From: Candidatus Acidiferrum sp.
GTDB lineage: Bacteria; Acidobacteriota; Terriglobia; Acidiferrales; UBA7541
Direction: 5' to 3'
Assembly: GCA_035310365.1 (NCBI GenBank)
Contig: DATGEI010000019.1
Span: forward strand, 27,784 to 91,783
DNA length: 64,000 nucleotides
The position numbers and the translations under genes were made by a program. Below the pieces are notes generated by a model. That model saw only the letters and a list, made by a program, of their open reading frames with translations. It was not told the origin of the DNA and ran no database searches. This document shows positions 1-9,584 of the stretch, one piece after another (the first letter of the stretch is position 1; every line of letters begins with the position of its first letter).

Positions 1-826
1 AAACAAGATTTCGCCGAATCCGTGGCTGGTGGACAATTATCCGGACGCGTACATCAACATGGGACTGGGGACGGAAAATATCGCACGGAAATTTGGGATT
101 ACGCGCGAGGCGGCGGATGCGTTTGCGGCGAATTCGCACAAGAAAGCGGTGGCGGCAATTGCGGCGGGCGCGTTTGCGGACGAGACGGTTGCGGTGGAAG
201 TGAAGAACGTTTCCGTGGCGACGAACGGAAACGGATCTTCTTCAAAAGGAAAACAAATTAAGGCGACGACGCAGACTTTTACGTTTGACAAGGATGAATT
301 GCCGCGGGCGGATACTTCCGTCGAAGTTTTGGCGGGGCTAAAGCCGGCGTTTCATGTGAAAGGTTCGGTGACGGCGGGAAACAGTTCGCCGATGAGCGAT
401 GGAGCGGCGGCGGCAGTGGTGATGAGCGATACGCGCGCGAAGGCGCTGGGATTGAAGCCGCTGGGACGATTTGTGGCGTATGCGACGGCGGGATGTCCGC
501 CGGAGGAGTTTGGCATTGGGCCGGTGTACGCGATTCCGAAGGCGCTTAAATTGGCGGGGCTGCGGCTCGAAGACATTGCGGTGATTGAATTGAATGAAGC
601 GTTTGCGGCGCAGTCGCTGGCGGTGATTCAGCAAGCGGGTTTGGACCCGGCGAAAGTGAATCCGAACGGGGGCGCGATTGCGCTGGGGCATCCGCTGGGG
701 TGCACGGGCGCGAAATTGACGGCGACGATTTTGCGCGATTTGGCACGAAAGAATGCGCGGTATGGAATGGTGACGATGTGCATTGGCGGCGGAATGGGCG
801 CGGCGGGGATTATTGAGCGACTCTAA
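1..826 (+). CDS. fadA: Acetyl-CoA C-acyltransferase (thiolase), 5'-truncated by window edge
   Basis: Thiolase motifs NMGLGTE, VTAGNSSPMSDGAAA, ELNEAFA, GGAIALGHPLGCTG and MCIGGGMG; frame is open back to position 2. Confidence 0.95.
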   Translation, partial: NKISPNPWLVDNYPDAYINMGLGTENIARKFGITREAADAFAANSHKKAVAAIAAGAFADETVAVEVKNVSVATNGNGSSSKGKQIKATTQTFTFDKDELPRADTSVEVLAGLKPAFHVKGSVTAGNSSPMSDGAAAAVVMSDTRAKALGLKPLGRFVAYATAGCPPEEFGIGPVYAIPKALKLAGLRLEDIAVIELNEAFAAQSLAVIQQAGLDPAKVNPNGGAIALGHPLGCTGAKLTATILRDLARKNARYGMVTMCIGGGMGAAGIIERL

Positions 827-835
827 GAGGGGACT

Positions 836-990
836 GCCACAGAGTCACAGAGAACAAAGAGACAAGAAAGAAGAAGAGAGGTCTCTCCGCTACGCAGCCC
901 GGCACGCAAACACCGCGTGCAAGAGAAAACCGGGCTGCTTCGGTCGAGATGACAAGTGAAGAGAGTGGGCTCGAGTCCCGCCGCTACACG
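836..990. repeat. Cluster of REP-like palindromic elements between convergent genes
   Basis: GCAGCCCGG(894-902)/CCGGGCTGC(930-938) stem; second stem GCACGC/GCGTGC (902-920); CACAGAG doublet at 838-852; GTAG-initiated imperfect hairpin on the minus strand at about 965-987. Confidence 0.55.
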
Positions 991-1019
991 GAAAGGGCAA
1001 ACGCGACCATTCAATTTAG

Positions 1020-1403
1020 CTAGAGCGGCTGCCAGAGTTCGATTTTGTTGCCGTCGAGATCGTAGATCCAGGCGAAGCGGCCGTAGCTTTCGTCCTGGCG
1101 CTTGGGATCGATCTGGACGCCTGCTTTGGTCAGGCGGTCGAGCAGCGCGTCGAGGTCGTCGACGATGTAATTCACCATGAACGAGGCTTGGCCTGGCTCA
1201 AAGTATTTGGTGTCGCCCGGGAAGACGCTCCAGATGGTCATCTGCTCTTTTTCAGGATTATCTTTTTCACGCCACGGCAGCGTGACGCCATAGCCGCTAT
1301 CCGCAAAGCCGAGATGCTGCGCGTACCACTCTTTCATTTGTTTCTGATTTGCGGACTTGAAGAAGATTCCGCCGATGCCAATTATCCGGCCTTTCTCGCT
1401 CAT
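1020..1403 (-). CDS. VOC/glyoxalase-bleomycin resistance family protein
   Basis: GIGGIFFKS, FMVNYIVDDLDALL and YGRFAWIYDLDGNKIELWQP motifs; start MSEKG at 1403 preceded by AAGGA. Confidence 0.9.
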   Translation of the reverse strand: MSEKGRIIGIGGIFFKSANQKQMKEWYAQHLGFADSGYGVTLPWREKDNPEKEQMTIWSVFPGDTKYFEPGQASFMVNYIVDDLDALLDRLTKAGVQIDPKRQDESYGRFAWIYDLDGNKIELWQPL

Positions 1404-1450
1404 GGTTGTTTTCCTTTCGTGTGATTGTACATAGCTAAGGCGAGCCGACA

Positions 1451-1981
1451 CTAGACGGCGACGGCGGGTGGCGATGGAGCTTTCTTCCGAAGGAAGGCGG
1501 CGGAGACAAAGGCGATGACGAGGCCGACGGGAAAAGGTTCGATGAAGGTGTACGCCATGTTGTAGAAGGGATTTTTGTACTGCACCTTCAGTTTGTTGAA
1601 TTTTTCAACTTGAACCTGAATCTCCGCCGCGGATTTTCCGGAGGCTTGCATCTTTTGGATCATGCTGTCGCCGTATTTGTCCATGAAGTCGGGCATGAAA
1701 TTGAAATAGACGACTTCCCAGGTGGCGACATAAAGGAGGCAAGAGATCACCGTGATGGCGAGGCCGACGGCGAAGGCTTTGCCAAAGGTGATCACGCCTT
1801 TTGCCACGTTGTCGCGATAGGAGCGGACGCCAAAGAAAACGAGCAGCAAGGAGAGGACGATCGTCGTATAGCCGAGGATATAGCTGTGGCCGATGCGGTC
1901 CGCGAACGGGACCGTGGCGATCATCATGACCGAGGAAATGGCGCCGGAAATGAGGCCGAAGACGAGAATGGTCTTTTTCAT
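1451..1981 (-). CDS. DUF4199-like membrane protein
   Basis: Four hydrophobic segments; motifs GVRSYRD, GVITFGKAF and PDFMDKY; lies downstream of a membrane LuxR regulator. Confidence 0.8.
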   Translation of the reverse strand: MKKTILVFGLISGAISSVMMIATVPFADRIGHSYILGYTTIVLSLLLVFFGVRSYRDNVAKGVITFGKAFAVGLAITVISCLLYVATWEVVYFNFMPDFMDKYGDSMIQKMQASGKSAAEIQVQVEKFNKLKVQYKNPFYNMAYTFIEPFPVGLVIAFVSAAFLRKKAPSPPAVAV

Positions 1982-2048
1982 TCGTCACTCCTGAAGGTTC
2001 GAACTTGGTTGCGGGCGAACTTTAACGCAAATGCGGGGGGAGTTGTCG

Positions 2049-2102
2049 TCATTCTTTTGGGTGATTTTGCTCCGTGGGCGAAGAAATCATCGGTTTGGGT
2101 GA
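2049..2102. promoter_or_regulatory. Tandem TCA-N10-TGA operator-like sites
   Basis: TCATTCTTTTGGGTGA (2049-2064) and TCATCGGTTTGGGTGA (2087-2102), 38 bp apart, upstream of the DUF4199 gene. Confidence 0.55.
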
Positions 2103-2107
2103 CGAAT

Positions 2108-2554
2108 TCAGGGGAGCAAGCCGAATGCCTTGCCCAACTGGACGGCCTGGGTGCGGCGCTTTGCGCCCAATTTATCAAAAACGCGGCTGGAATGGGTCTT
2201 GACGGTGTTTTCGCTGACGAACAGTTTTCCGGCGATCTCGCGGTTGCTCAACCCCTGGGAGATGAGTTCCAGGATTTCCTGCTCGCGTGGGGTGATGCCG
2301 AGGGCTTCCCGTTTGGTATCGTTTGGGACGAAGGACCCGCCGGTGGGTACGGGGACTTCTTTGATGACGACGCGCTCTTGCCTATTTGTCAGCTTGAGCC
2401 CGAGCCAGATGCCGAGGACGGCGAAGGTGGCGGCGATGAGGCCGCCATAGATTTCAATGGAATGTTCGATGACGAGGAAGCGGTATTCCGTCCATTTGAG
2501 GACGGCAATGAGGATGCCGCCGATTAAACCGTAGAGGAGGACGTGGCGCTTCAT
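2108..2554 (-). CDS. Membrane-anchored LuxR-type HTH transcriptional regulator (no receiver domain)
   Basis: Two N-terminal hydrophobic helices; C-terminal ITPREQEILELISQGLSNREIAGKLFVSENTVKTH HTH. Confidence 0.9.
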   Translation of the reverse strand: MKRHVLLYGLIGGILIAVLKWTEYRFLVIEHSIEIYGGLIAATFAVLGIWLGLKLTNRQERVVIKEVPVPTGGSFVPNDTKREALGITPREQEILELISQGLSNREIAGKLFVSENTVKTHSSRVFDKLGAKRRTQAVQLGKAFGLLP

Positions 2555-2820
2555 AGTTCCAGCTGGATCTGTCGCTCGAAGGAATTCTACTAGAGCGCAG
2601 CCCGATGCGCTCGCGCAGCAAGCGCCGACAATAAAGGTCGCGCCAGGGATCGCGGTGAGGTTGGAACAGGACGGAAGTCACATTGGCGACGGTTCCACCG
2701 CAGGAGTACAATTTGGGCGTAACAGCGTTCAGTGGAGTTTCCGGCTTTCGCTTGCCGGGTAGGGTAGGCGAGTTCCCTTTCGAAGTGAAACATTTTTGAA
2801 GAATTCCGGTGGAGGCACGA

Positions 2821-4614
2821 ATGGCCACGAGCGTCGCAACGAAAACGGCAGCGAAGGGCGGGAGCTTTTTGCTGGAGTCCCCTGCCCCGCAGGACGTGTT
2901 TACGCCGGCGGATTTGACGGACGATCAAAAATTGATCGGGCAGACGGCGGAAGAGTTTGTGACAAAGGAAGTGCTGCCGCTGGTGAAGGATTTGGAAAAC
3001 AAAAAGGCCGGGCTGATGGCGGAATTGGTGCGCAAGGGAGGCGAAGTGGGATTGATGGGCGGCGGCGTGCCGGAGGAGTACGGCGGCGCAGGGCTGGACA
3101 AAATTGCGACGACCGTGCTCACGGAAAAACTTTCGATTTATGGCGGATTTGCGGTGACGCATGGCGCGCACGCGGGAATCGGAACGCTGCCGATCGTTTA
3201 TTTCGGAACGCCCGAGCAAAAGAAAAAATATTTGCCGAAGCTGGCGACGGGCGAATTGATCGGCGCGTATTGCTTGAGCGAGCCGCAAGCCGGGTCGGAT
3301 GCGCAGAATTCGCTGACGCGCGCGGAATTGAACGCCGAGGGAACGCACTACGTTTTGAACGGGCAAAAGATGTGGATTACGAACGGCGGGTTCGCGGATT
3401 TGTACATTGTGTTCGCGAAAATCGACGGCGAAAAGTTTTCGGCGTTCATCGTCGAGCGGAACTATCCCGGATGCAAGCCGGGGAACGAAGAACACAAGAT
3501 GGGAATTCACGGAAGTTCGACGACACCGGTGTTTTTGGAAAACTGCAAGGTGCCGAAGGAGAATTTGCTGCACGAGATCGGGCGCGGGCACATTGTGGCG
3601 TTCAATATTTTGAACGCGGGGCGGTTCACGCTGGGCGCGTCGTGCGTCGGCGGATCGAAGCACGTGCTGACGACTTCGTCGAAATACGCGAAGGAGCGGA
3701 AAGCGTTTGGAAAGCAGATCGGCGAATTTGGATTGATGAAGGAAAAATTGGCGGAGATGGCGATTCAGATTTTTGCGGTGGAATCGATGGTCTATCGCAG
3801 CGCGGGAAATATTGATGCGGCGATGGCGGCGGGCACGGGCGACAAGATCGCGCATCAGATGAAGGTGCTGGAGGAATACGCGATCGAGAGCTCGATTGCG
3901 AAAGTGTACGGCAGCGAGATGCTGGATTTCGTGGTGGACGAAGCGGTGCAGATTTTCGGCGGGTACGGATTCCACGAAGAATATCCGGTGTGCCGCGCGT
4001 ACCGCGATTCGCGGATCAACCGGATTTTCGAAGGCACGAACGAAATCAACCGCATGCTGATTATTCAGATGTTGATGAAGCGCGCGATGGGCGGGCAGTT
4101 GCCGTTGATTCCGGCGGCGATGAAACTGGCGGATGAGATTTTGGCCGGGCCGTCGTTTGAGGAAGCGCCGGAAGGAGTGCTCGCGGAAGAGACGCGCGTG
4201 GTGGCGAACGCGAAGAAGATGTTTTTGCAGGCGGCGGGCGGCGCGGTGCAGAAATTCCGCGAAAAGCTGGCGGACGAACAGGAATTGATCGGCGCGCTTT
4301 CGAACATGGTGATGGAGATTTACGCGATGGAATCGTGCTTATTGCGCGCGCAAAAAGCGGCGGCGGCGCGGGGCGAATCCGCGACGGCGTTGATGCAGGA
4401 CGCGGCGCGGGCATTCATTGCGGATGCGATGGAGCGAGTGGAGCACGAAGCGAAGCGCGCGATTGCCGCGGTGAACGACGGCGACATGCTGACGACGCAG
4501 ATGGCCGTGCTAAAGAGGTTTGGGAAACGCGCGACGGCAAATACGATTGCCATGCGGCGGAATATTGCCGCGGCGGTGCAGGCGCAAGACCGGTATCCGT
4601 TCGAATCGAAGTAA
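2821..4614 (+). CDS. Acyl-CoA dehydrogenase (long, VLCAD/FadE-like)
   Basis: YCLSEPQAGSD, LNGQKMWITNG, QIFGGYG and RINRIFEGTNEINR motifs; C-terminal extension; GGAGG upstream. Confidence 0.95.
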   Translation: MATSVATKTAAKGGSFLLESPAPQDVFTPADLTDDQKLIGQTAEEFVTKEVLPLVKDLENKKAGLMAELVRKGGEVGLMGGGVPEEYGGAGLDKIATTVLTEKLSIYGGFAVTHGAHAGIGTLPIVYFGTPEQKKKYLPKLATGELIGAYCLSEPQAGSDAQNSLTRAELNAEGTHYVLNGQKMWITNGGFADLYIVFAKIDGEKFSAFIVERNYPGCKPGNEEHKMGIHGSSTTPVFLENCKVPKENLLHEIGRGHIVAFNILNAGRFTLGASCVGGSKHVLTTSSKYAKERKAFGKQIGEFGLMKEKLAEMAIQIFAVESMVYRSAGNIDAAMAAGTGDKIAHQMKVLEEYAIESSIAKVYGSEMLDFVVDEAVQIFGGYGFHEEYPVCRAYRDSRINRIFEGTNEINRMLIIQMLMKRAMGGQLPLIPAAMKLADEILAGPSFEEAPEGVLAEETRVVANAKKMFLQAAGGAVQKFREKLADEQELIGALSNMVMEIYAMESCLLRAQKAAAARGESATALMQDAARAFIADAMERVEHEAKRAIAAVNDGDMLTTQMAVLKRFGKRATANTIAMRRNIAAAVQAQDRYPFESK

Positions 4615-4697
4615 CACTTTTTTAAAACTACACGTCACAGTTGCGAGTCGCCGCAGGAATGCGGGCGTGGTATTCTCCTGCGCGATATAGGAGAACC

Positions 4698-6272
4698 ATG
4701 CGCATTCGAATCGGAAAACTGGCGGTGCTATTTTGCGCGAGCGTTGCGATGGCCGCCGCGCAGCAATCTTCGTGGCTTCAGGTAAAGACCGAGGCAGGAA
4801 TTGTGCAAGGCAAGATGCAGGGTTCTTCCCGGGCGTTTCTGGGAATTCCGTACGCGGCGCCGCCGGTCGGCGAGTTGCGGTGGAAAGCCCCCGCGCCGCC
4901 GGTTCCGTGGAACGGGGCGCGCGACGCGACGAAATTTGGCGCGGAGTGCATGCAGGCGAGAATTTTTGACGATATGGTGTTTCGCGATCCGGGGCCGAGC
5001 GAAGATTGTCTGACGCTGAACGTATGGACTCCCGCAAATGCGACGAAGAAAAAGTTGCCGGTGATGGTGTGGGTTCACGGCGGAGGATTTGTTGCGGGCG
5101 CATCGTCGGAACCGCGGCAGGATGGAGCGACGCTGGCAACCGAAGGCGTGATTGTTGTTTCGATGAATTACCGGCTGGGAATTTTTGGATTCTTTGAATT
5201 GCCGGAGTTGATTGCGGATTCGGGAAAGAACGCGGCGGGAAATTACGGGCTGCTAGACCAAGTGGCGGCGCTCGAGTGGGTAAAGAAGAATATAGCGGCG
5301 TTTGGCGGCGATCCGGGAAATGTGACGATTTTCGGGGAGAGCGCGGGATCGTTTTCGGTGAGCGAACTGATGGCGTCGCCGGTGGCGAAAGGATTGTTTC
5401 AGCGAGCGATTGGCGAAAGCGGAGCGGATTTTCCGACGCGGACGACGCCGAAGATGTCATTGGAGCAGAGCGCGAAGGACGGCGCCGAGTACGCAAAGAA
5501 AGTGCTGGGTACGGATTCATTGAAAGAATTGCGCGCGATACCGGCGGACAAGCTGCTGGAAACGGTGAGCAAACCGGGTTCAGAACGGCGCGGGGCAAGC
5601 ATGGTTGTGGTGGATGGATATTTTTTGCCGAAGCCCGTGAGGGAGATTTTTGCGGCGGGAGAACAAAATGACGTGCCGCTGCTGGCGGGGTGGAATCGCG
5701 ACGAAGGCAGCGGCGCGGTGCTTTCCGCGAAGCCGCCACTGACCGCCGCCAGCGTGAAGGAGTTGGGTGAAAAGGAGTTCAAGGAAAAGGCGGCGGAGTT
5801 TTTTAAGAACTATCCGGCGACGGATGACGCAACGGCCGTCCGATCGTGGGAGGATTTTGCGGGCGACCGATTTATCGCGTTTGGAACATGGAAATGGCTG
5901 GTGGCGGCCGCGACGACGGGGAAAAGTCCAGTCTATCGGTACCAGTTTGACGAAGCGCCGCCGGACGATCCGTCAAGGGAACAAGGGATGGGTGCGTTCC
6001 ATTCAGGCGAGATTGAATACGTTTTCGGGACGCTGGAATGGAGAATCCCGACGCTTTGGAAAAGCGAAGACAAGGCACTGAGCGAATTAATGCGCAAATA
6101 TTGGAGCAATTTTGCGCGAACGGGAAATCCGAACGGACCGGGATTGCCCCGGTGGCCGGGGTATAAGCCGGGCGGGAATGCCCAAGTGATGCACTTGAGC
6201 GGGCAATCGAAGGCAAGCGAGGACAGGAATTGGGAGCGGTACAAATTCCTAAAGAAAGTCTGGGATAACTGA
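4698..6272 (+). CDS. Secreted type-B carboxylesterase
   Basis: Signal peptide; FLGIPYAAPP, SEDCLTLNVW, HGGG, GESAG and AFHSGEI motifs; AGGAGA ribosome site. Confidence 0.95.
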   Translation: MRIRIGKLAVLFCASVAMAAAQQSSWLQVKTEAGIVQGKMQGSSRAFLGIPYAAPPVGELRWKAPAPPVPWNGARDATKFGAECMQARIFDDMVFRDPGPSEDCLTLNVWTPANATKKKLPVMVWVHGGGFVAGASSEPRQDGATLATEGVIVVSMNYRLGIFGFFELPELIADSGKNAAGNYGLLDQVAALEWVKKNIAAFGGDPGNVTIFGESAGSFSVSELMASPVAKGLFQRAIGESGADFPTRTTPKMSLEQSAKDGAEYAKKVLGTDSLKELRAIPADKLLETVSKPGSERRGASMVVVDGYFLPKPVREIFAAGEQNDVPLLAGWNRDEGSGAVLSAKPPLTAASVKELGEKEFKEKAAEFFKNYPATDDATAVRSWEDFAGDRFIAFGTWKWLVAAATTGKSPVYRYQFDEAPPDDPSREQGMGAFHSGEIEYVFGTLEWRIPTLWKSEDKALSELMRKYWSNFARTGNPNGPGLPRWPGYKPGGNAQVMHLSGQSKASEDRNWERYKFLKKVWDN

Positions 6273-6370
6273 GGCGATTGTTGCGAAACGGATGTTCTCT
6301 CTTTCGCCGCAGGTGGTCGCTAATCGCTTCGTGCTTGGGTATTCTAGGGGAAGACACCTAGTTCTAGTAC

Positions 6371-9247
6371 TTGTTATCGCCGGCTGGAGGCATCCGTTTG
6401 GCTCGCAAATTCTTGATCCTTTCGGGCGTATTCGTGGCACTCCACGTCGCAATACGGCTGATGCTGGGCCCAAGCATGCTTGGTTCGTTTTTGGGCAATG
6501 TGCTGCAGGTGGCGGGAAGCGGAATCGCCACGGCAATGGCGATCGGCGCCGCGAGGCGCGGGAAGGGGCTGAACAGGTCCCTGTGGCTGTTGATTGGCTT
6601 TGGCTGGGCAACGTGGGGCATTGCGAACGTCGGGTGGACGTTTCAGGAATTAGCGCTGGGCACCGAACCACCACCGCTTTCCTTTATCCGGTTTCTGTTC
6701 GATATCCGCGGCGCATTTTTCGCGATGGCGCTTTTTCTGGACGACGAGCGGGATTCGACGAAACTGGATTTTGCGACGGTATTGGATTTCCTGCAAATCG
6801 GGATCATTTATTTTCTAATCTATGTTGGCGCGTATTTTGTGCCGTCTCTGGCGCTGGATCACAAAGGCACGTTACTGCGGGAGCAGGAACTTATGCTCTT
6901 TCAGAACGGGACGCTGATCGTGCTGGCGTTCTTGCGGGCCGGAATTGCGCGCTCTCCCGAGACAAAGTCGCTATACCGGCAATTCGCGATATTTCTTGCG
7001 GTTTATTACGCGGCGGCGCAGCTCGCGGAGTATTTGCAGTACCTGCATGAAAGCCCGGCGGGCACATTTCTGGATCTGGCGTGGACGTTGCCGTTACTCG
7101 GCGGAGCGTATTGGGCGGCGACATGGCAAACAACGGATAGCAAAGCAGTGGCGTCAGCGCTGCGGGCAAAATCGACGGCTGGAATGCTTTTCCGAAATGC
7201 GATGTTCGCGCTCGGGCCGCTCGTCGTGCTTTTTCTGTCGTCGCAACTGGGCGCGGGGTGGAAGCCGGTCCGGCTGATCGTGCTGGGAATTTCGATCGTT
7301 TGCTATGCGGCGCGGATGGCATTGAACGAGCACCGGCAAACGAAAAACGCGGAGATTGTGAAAAGGCAGATGCAGGCGATGGATTCTTCGGTGGATGGCA
7401 TGGCGATCGTCGATGCGCAGGGAATGTATGTGTATGTAAATTCAGAATATGCGCGGATGTGTGGACTTGCGAGCGCGGCAGAGATGCTGGGAAAGCCGTG
7501 GACGGAAGTATCCGTGCGCGCCGAAAAGGGACAGACGGAAGAAGCGATTCGAGAAGGCTTGGCGAAGCGCGGAAAGTGGTTTGGAGAGCTGACGCTGCGG
7601 GACAAGGACGGAAGTGCGCTGCCGGTGGAAATGGCGGTCACGGCGATGAGCGAGGGCGGAGTGGTCTGCGTGAGCCGCGACTTGACTGAACGCGTACGCG
7701 CACAAAAGGCGCAGGAAGAGGCGGAATCGAAATACCAGATGATCGTCGAGAAAGTGGCGGCGATCAGTTATATCGCGGAATTGGGAGTGAGAGGGCGCTG
7801 GCGGTATGTCAGTCCGCAGATTGAAAGCATCCTGGGATTTTCGCAGGAGGAATGGCTGAGGGATTCCGAAAATTGGGTGCGGCACGTGCACCCGGATGAT
7901 CATGCGACGGTCCATGACGCGGAGCATGCATGCCAACAAGGGCGTGCGTTCCAAGCGGAATATCGCATGGCGCGGAAGGACGGAAAAATTGTTTGGGTGA
8001 GTGACAGCGCGGTCGTGGTGAAAGGAGGGGACGGGATACCGTTGATGGAAGGAATCATCGTCGACATCACGGAGAGGAAGCAGCTCGAGGGGCAGCTGCA
8101 GCAATCGCGACGGATGGAGGCGGTTGGCCGGTTGGCGGGCGGCATCGCGCACGACTTCAATAACTTGCTGACGATCATCAAGGGATATACGGAATTAGCC
8201 ACGCAGCGCCCGGAAGTGCCGAGCACGGTGCGCGCGGATATCGAGCACATCGATGATGCGTCGGAACGCGCGGCGGCGCTGGTGCGGCAGCTGCTTGCCT
8301 TCAGCCGGAAGCAGGTGCTACAGCCGAAGAATCTTGACTTGAACGCAAGCGTGTTGGGGCTGGAGAAATTGTTGAGGCGTCTGATTGGCGAAGACATTGA
8401 GATGAAGACGATCGTCGCCGCGGGACTGGGAACGATCAAAGCGGACCCGGCGCAAGTGGAACAGGTGTTGATGAATCTTGTGGTGAACGCGCGGGATGCG
8501 ATGCCGAAGGGCGGCCGAATCATTGTGGAAACGAGCAACGTCGACCTGGACCGCGCGTATGCGAGCGAACATGTGACGGTGAAGCCGGGGCGATACATAA
8601 TGCTGGCGGTATCCGACACAGGCACGGGGATGAGCTCGGAAACAGCGGCACACATTTTCGAACCGTTTTTTACGACGAAGGGCGGAACGAAGGGCACCGG
8701 ACTAGGGCTGGCGACCGTATATGGCATTGTGAAGCAGAGCGGCGGATACATCTGGGTGTACAGCGAACCGGGGAAAGGCGCGACGTTCAAGGTTTATTTT
8801 CCGCGGGTGGATGAGCCGGCGCAACGCGATCTCCGCGCCAAGATCGAGAACGGCGCGAAGGGTGGTACGGAAACAGTATTGCTGGTCGAAGATGACGACA
8901 CGGTGCGAGAGCTGGCCGAAGTGATCTTGACGGGACAAGGTTATCGAGTACTTGGGACCGATTGTCCGAAGAAAGCGGAAGAAATCGCGCTGAAGCACGC
9001 GAAGGAGATCGATCTGGTGCTGACGGACGTAATCATGCCATCGATGAGCGGACGAGAGCTCGTGAAGAAATTGCTGGTGCAAAACGCGAAGGTGCGCGTG
9101 CTTTACATGTCCGGGTATACGGACAACGTGATTGCGGAAGGCGGCGTGCTGGAAGAGGGTCTGGCGTTTCTGCAGAAGCCTTTTTCGCCGCGGGCCTTGG
9201 TGCAAAAAGTGAGAGAAGTGCTGGACGCGGGAGTTGCGGCGCGCTGA
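6371..9247 (+). CDS. Hybrid sensor histidine kinase: multi-TM sensor, two PAS domains, HisKA/HATPase, receiver (start uncertain, possibly 6398)
   Basis: AGGIAHDFNNLLT H-box, NLVVNARDAM, FEPFFTTK, GTGLGLA; C-terminal receiver LLVEDD..LTDVIMP..QKP. Confidence 0.93.
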   Translation: MLSPAGGIRLARKFLILSGVFVALHVAIRLMLGPSMLGSFLGNVLQVAGSGIATAMAIGAARRGKGLNRSLWLLIGFGWATWGIANVGWTFQELALGTEPPPLSFIRFLFDIRGAFFAMALFLDDERDSTKLDFATVLDFLQIGIIYFLIYVGAYFVPSLALDHKGTLLREQELMLFQNGTLIVLAFLRAGIARSPETKSLYRQFAIFLAVYYAAAQLAEYLQYLHESPAGTFLDLAWTLPLLGGAYWAATWQTTDSKAVASALRAKSTAGMLFRNAMFALGPLVVLFLSSQLGAGWKPVRLIVLGISIVCYAARMALNEHRQTKNAEIVKRQMQAMDSSVDGMAIVDAQGMYVYVNSEYARMCGLASAAEMLGKPWTEVSVRAEKGQTEEAIREGLAKRGKWFGELTLRDKDGSALPVEMAVTAMSEGGVVCVSRDLTERVRAQKAQEEAESKYQMIVEKVAAISYIAELGVRGRWRYVSPQIESILGFSQEEWLRDSENWVRHVHPDDHATVHDAEHACQQGRAFQAEYRMARKDGKIVWVSDSAVVVKGGDGIPLMEGIIVDITERKQLEGQLQQSRRMEAVGRLAGGIAHDFNNLLTIIKGYTELATQRPEVPSTVRADIEHIDDASERAAALVRQLLAFSRKQVLQPKNLDLNASVLGLEKLLRRLIGEDIEMKTIVAAGLGTIKADPAQVEQVLMNLVVNARDAMPKGGRIIVETSNVDLDRAYASEHVTVKPGRYIMLAVSDTGTGMSSETAAHIFEPFFTTKGGTKGTGLGLATVYGIVKQSGGYIWVYSEPGKGATFKVYFPRVDEPAQRDLRAKIENGAKGGTETVLLVEDDDTVRELAEVILTGQGYRVLGTDCPKKAEEIALKHAKEIDLVLTDVIMPSMSGRELVKKLLVQNAKVRVLYMSGYTDNVIAEGGVLEEGLAFLQKPFSPRALVQKVREVLDAGVAAR

Positions 9248-9333
9248 CTTCCACGCGGCGGCACGAAACAGTGTTGAGCAAAACAGGAACCGGCGAGCGA
9301 GAACAAGCAAGATTGGCAACGCGAGGTGCAAGG

Positions 9334-9510
9334 ATGCTGGGACAGTCTGAACACGAAGAAGGGTCCGACCGGGAGTGTCAGGCGAAATCCCCAAATGAAT
9401 TGCCGTGCAATCTGGCGGCGACGGTGCACTGTATCCAGTGCGATTTGTGGTTTTGCGATATTCACGCGGAAGATGAAGAATCGCACGCGTGCATGAAGGC
9501 GATGAATTAA
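9334..9510 (+). CDS. Small putative zinc-finger protein (58 aa, B-box/AN1-like)
   Basis: ATG at 9334 preceded by GAGGTG; pattern C-x9-C-x7-C-x2-C-x4-C-x2-H-x6-H-x-C. Confidence 0.55.
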   Translation: MLGQSEHEEGSDRECQAKSPNELPCNLAATVHCIQCDLWFCDIHAEDEESHACMKAMN

Positions 9511-9513
9511 CCA

Positions 9514-9562
9514 CGGCACGCAAGAAACGGCGTGCGCACAAACGCGAAATCCCTCCGCTACG
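9514..9562. repeat. Second copy of the REP-like modules seen at 885-920
   Basis: CGGCACGCAA..GCGTGC hairpin and CTCCGCTACG, both also present at 885-920. Confidence 0.5.
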
Positions 9563-9584
9563 GCAACTTTTCCAAACGACGCAA

